Shown here: positions 61,088 through 64,000 of the stretch, piece by piece | Layout: every line of letters starts with the position of its first letter | Position numbering within the stretch: position 1 is the first letter of the stretch | DNA from: Azolla caroliniana | Lineage: Eukaryota; Plantae; Polypodiophyta | Direction of reading: 5' to 3' | DNA: 64,000 bases | NCBI GenBank assembly: GCA_043228905.1 | Contig: JBHGNT010000006.1 | Coordinates: 16,368,001 to 16,432,000 of the forward strand | Made by a program: the position numbers and the translations under genes | Notes under the pieces: generated by a model | What the model saw: the letters and a program-made list of their open reading frames with translations, nothing else | Told to the model about the DNA's origin: nothing | The model's database searches: none

Positions 61088-63657
61088 CACACCTATTCCG
61101 CTTCACAAGAATCCATCTCTTGATTCTTTACATGGTATCAGAGCGATTTGGTAGCTCGATCTAGCCCATTCGCCTCATCGTGATCGTGTGTTGTGCTCTA
61201 CGCCGACGACCAAGAACCGGCTCATAACTATCGTAGCTTTGCTACATAGCTCGCATTCGAAGAGAGAAGAAGAAGAAGAAGAATCGACATAATGAATACT
61301 CAAATGGGAAGCGCTCTCCCTACCGAGAAGTTGGATTGAAACAACTTCGCATCTTGGGAGTATAAGATGCACCAATACCTTGTTGGACAAGGCTATTGGA
61401 GCTACATCAAAGGAGCGCATGAAGACCGACCCACCGAAGCGGCTCCTGGATACGCGACATGGGAGCAAGCCGCGTGATGTACTGTTTGGCGACATGTGTT
61501 CACGACCACATGCTCGGTTACATTCGAGAAGCCAAGACGCCGAAGGAAGCGTGGGAAAATCTACGAAATATTGTCGGCGCCAACACGACTGCGAGGAAGC
61601 TTCAACTCCGCCAAGAGTTGAACAACATTCAACAAAGGGACATGTCCATCACGACATACACCTTGAAGATCAAGGAGCTTTGCAACTCGCTCGGCTCAAT
61701 AAGCGTAAGTATAGATGATGTGAGATGGTGCAAATATGCCTCGGTGGCCTCGCACCACGGTTCGGCGTGATGCGAACCGCCGTTCTAGCACGGGAGAAAT
61801 CTCCCTCCTTCGAGCTCCAATCAATGCTATTGGTCGAAGAAAACCACGTGCGTACAAGGAGCAATGAGTCGGAAGGCCACATGCTCTACACGCACTCTAA
61901 TGGAGGAAGAGGACGCGGACGAGTGAGAGGCCGATTCAGCTAAGGACAAGGCAAACGAGGTACGACCTACGACAACAACTCCCAATTTCGGCCGCAAAAC
62001 GGAGGCCAGTGAGGAACCTTCGCAAGAAGGGGGAGTTTCTAATCCGGCCCGAGCCGTCAAAACGCAACCAAATGCGGATATTGCGGAAAGCTCGGCCACC
62101 ACGAAGAAGAGTGCCGAAAGAAGATGCGTGAATCGGCTTCCACAAGCCGACAACTCACGAGTTACGCACACAACTCCGACTACAAAGATCGTGGCGGAAT
62201 GTATGCACACAACTCCGACCATGGCGAAATGTACGGGCACAACTCCGACTACGAAGATCGTGGCGGAATGTATGCGCACAACTCCGACCATGGCGGAATG
62301 TTCATGATGAAACATAGAGCAAACTCTATGTCGGCCGCTACGTCAACTAGTGCCTCCGGTCCGGAAGACGTATGGTTCGTCGATTCCGGTGCCTCGAACC
62401 ATATGACATCGCATCAACAATGGTTCCGAGAACTTCGAGAGCCGGACCGACCCGACTATGTCGAAACCGAAGATGACACTACACACCCGATTCGTCACAT
62501 TGGCAATGTTCCATTCGGAAAAGAAGGTAAGCAAAATTACATTAAAAATGTCTTGCATGTACCGACCATTATGAAGAATTTGGTCTCCGTCGGCCAAATT
62601 GTAGAGCAAGGGATGCAAGTTCGATTTAATCAAGGCGGTTGCTTCATCGAAAAAGAGGGCCGACTCATCGCATGTGGAAGAAGAGAGGGCCGGATGTTCA
62701 TTCTCGATTCACGCGAGATGAAATCCGCCATGTTCGCGAAAAACACGAAAGCCGACTCCGACATAGAGCTATGGCACAAGCGAATCAGCCACATCAATCT
62801 CAACAAACTCAAAGCAATGAAATCGAAAGGAGTCGTCATCGGACTCCTGACATTCAAAGAGAAGGAGATTGAAGGTGTATGCGAAGCGTGCCAATTCGGC
62901 AAGCAACACCGACACCCATTCCCGAAAGAGCGGAACGTGAGCAAAGGTCTACTCGACGTAGTCCATTCCGACGTATGGGGACCGACGCAGACGGCTACAT
63001 TCGGCGGATGCCAATATTACGTGCTCTTCATCGACGACTTCTCTAGGCACACTTGGATCTACCCGATGAGGCAAAAGAGCGAAGTGTTCGGACACTTCCA
63101 AAATTTCAAGAATGAAGTCGAGAAAGCCACGGGCCGACATGTACGATGCCTTCGATCGGATGGCGGCAAGGAGTACTTCTCGAACAATTTCATGGCGTAT
63201 CTCCGAAAGGAAGGAATTCGGTGAGAATTCACTTGCCGACACACTTCGCAACAAAATGGAGTAGCCGAGCGCAAAAATCGGCACATCCTCGAAGTAGCGC
63301 GGGCCATGATGAACGAGAAGCATATGCCCAAGTCATATTGGGCCGAAGCTGCAAATACGACCGTCTACCTAATGAACCGGTGCACAACATCCGGCGTGCA
63401 CGAGGTCACTCCGCACGAAAAATACTTCGGAAAGAAGCCGGACTTATCGCACATCCGGATATTCGGCGCGATAGCGTACGTGCACATCCCCGACGAGAAG
63501 CGTTAAAAGCTTGATCCGAAGTCGGAGAAATGTATCCTCGTAGGATACTCATTGGAGCAAAAGGGGTACAAGTGCTACAACCCCTCAACTTGAAAATCTC
63601 GAGTAAGTCGAGATGTCGTTTTTGACGAGTCCGCATCCTGGTACGTCGTTTTTGACG
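60741..63657 (+). mobile_element. Ty1/copia 5' LTR (60741-61132), PBS, gag-protease-integrase; 3'-truncated
   Basis: TGTTGAGA...TTTACA then TGGTATCAGAGC. CGYCGKLGHHEEEC, WFVDSGASNHM, WHKRISH...CEAC, HSDVWGP, LRSDGGKEY. Homology stops after SRDVVFDESASW. Confidence 0.92.
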
Positions 63658-64000
63658 TCTTTACAAAATGCAATAATGCAAATAGTGGACAATGGGATGG
63701 GATCTAGTATGCATGGGTGAGTAAGGTTTCCTTGTTCGGATAAGCATATAGTTGTGTAGTTTGGTACAACATATGCAATATAATATGTGAAATGTGATCT
63801 TCCACGTATCTCCCTAGGTATGGTATATTGACATAGCAAACAAATGATGTTGATGTATCATACATTCCATCTTATTGTAATGCATTCCATCTTTCAAACC
63901 ATATCTTCATATATTGCATCACGTATGATTCTATGAAGTCGAAATGAGGGGATTCTTTCAAACATAAAGCAAGTATCCAACACTCCTTTCTATGGCCCAT

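Overview
Repeat-rich nuclear DNA of a land plant, probably a seed-free plant such as a fern (inferred from Tcn1-like chromoviruses, a fungal-like Ty3/gypsy and the plastid insert). There is one host gene: an intact 8-exon, 356-aa triple-KH RNA-binding protein of the BTR1/NOVA-like family (minus strand, 16943-21913). The rest is a nest of mobile DNA: two nested chromoviruses, non-chromovirus gypsy elements, three related copia copies, two LINEs, tRNA-derived SINEs, a hAT MITE, a 10.3-kb cargo-carrying hAT-type element, and a plastid rpl22-rps3-rpl16 insertion (NUPT). The most interesting observations are four. (1) An apparently intact fungal-like Ty3/gypsy element whose gag-protease and RT-RH-IN ORFs are joined by a G-GAT-TTT -1 slippery site plus an H-type pseudoknot. 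(2) Chromovirus LTRs that each carry an antisense tRNA-like A/B-box module next to heat-shock-element arrays. (3) A gypsy element bracketed by inverted rather than direct LTRs. (4) A ~165-bp satellite with higher-order (ABC-ABC-C) structure inside a hAT element. All calls were made by eye, without database searches.
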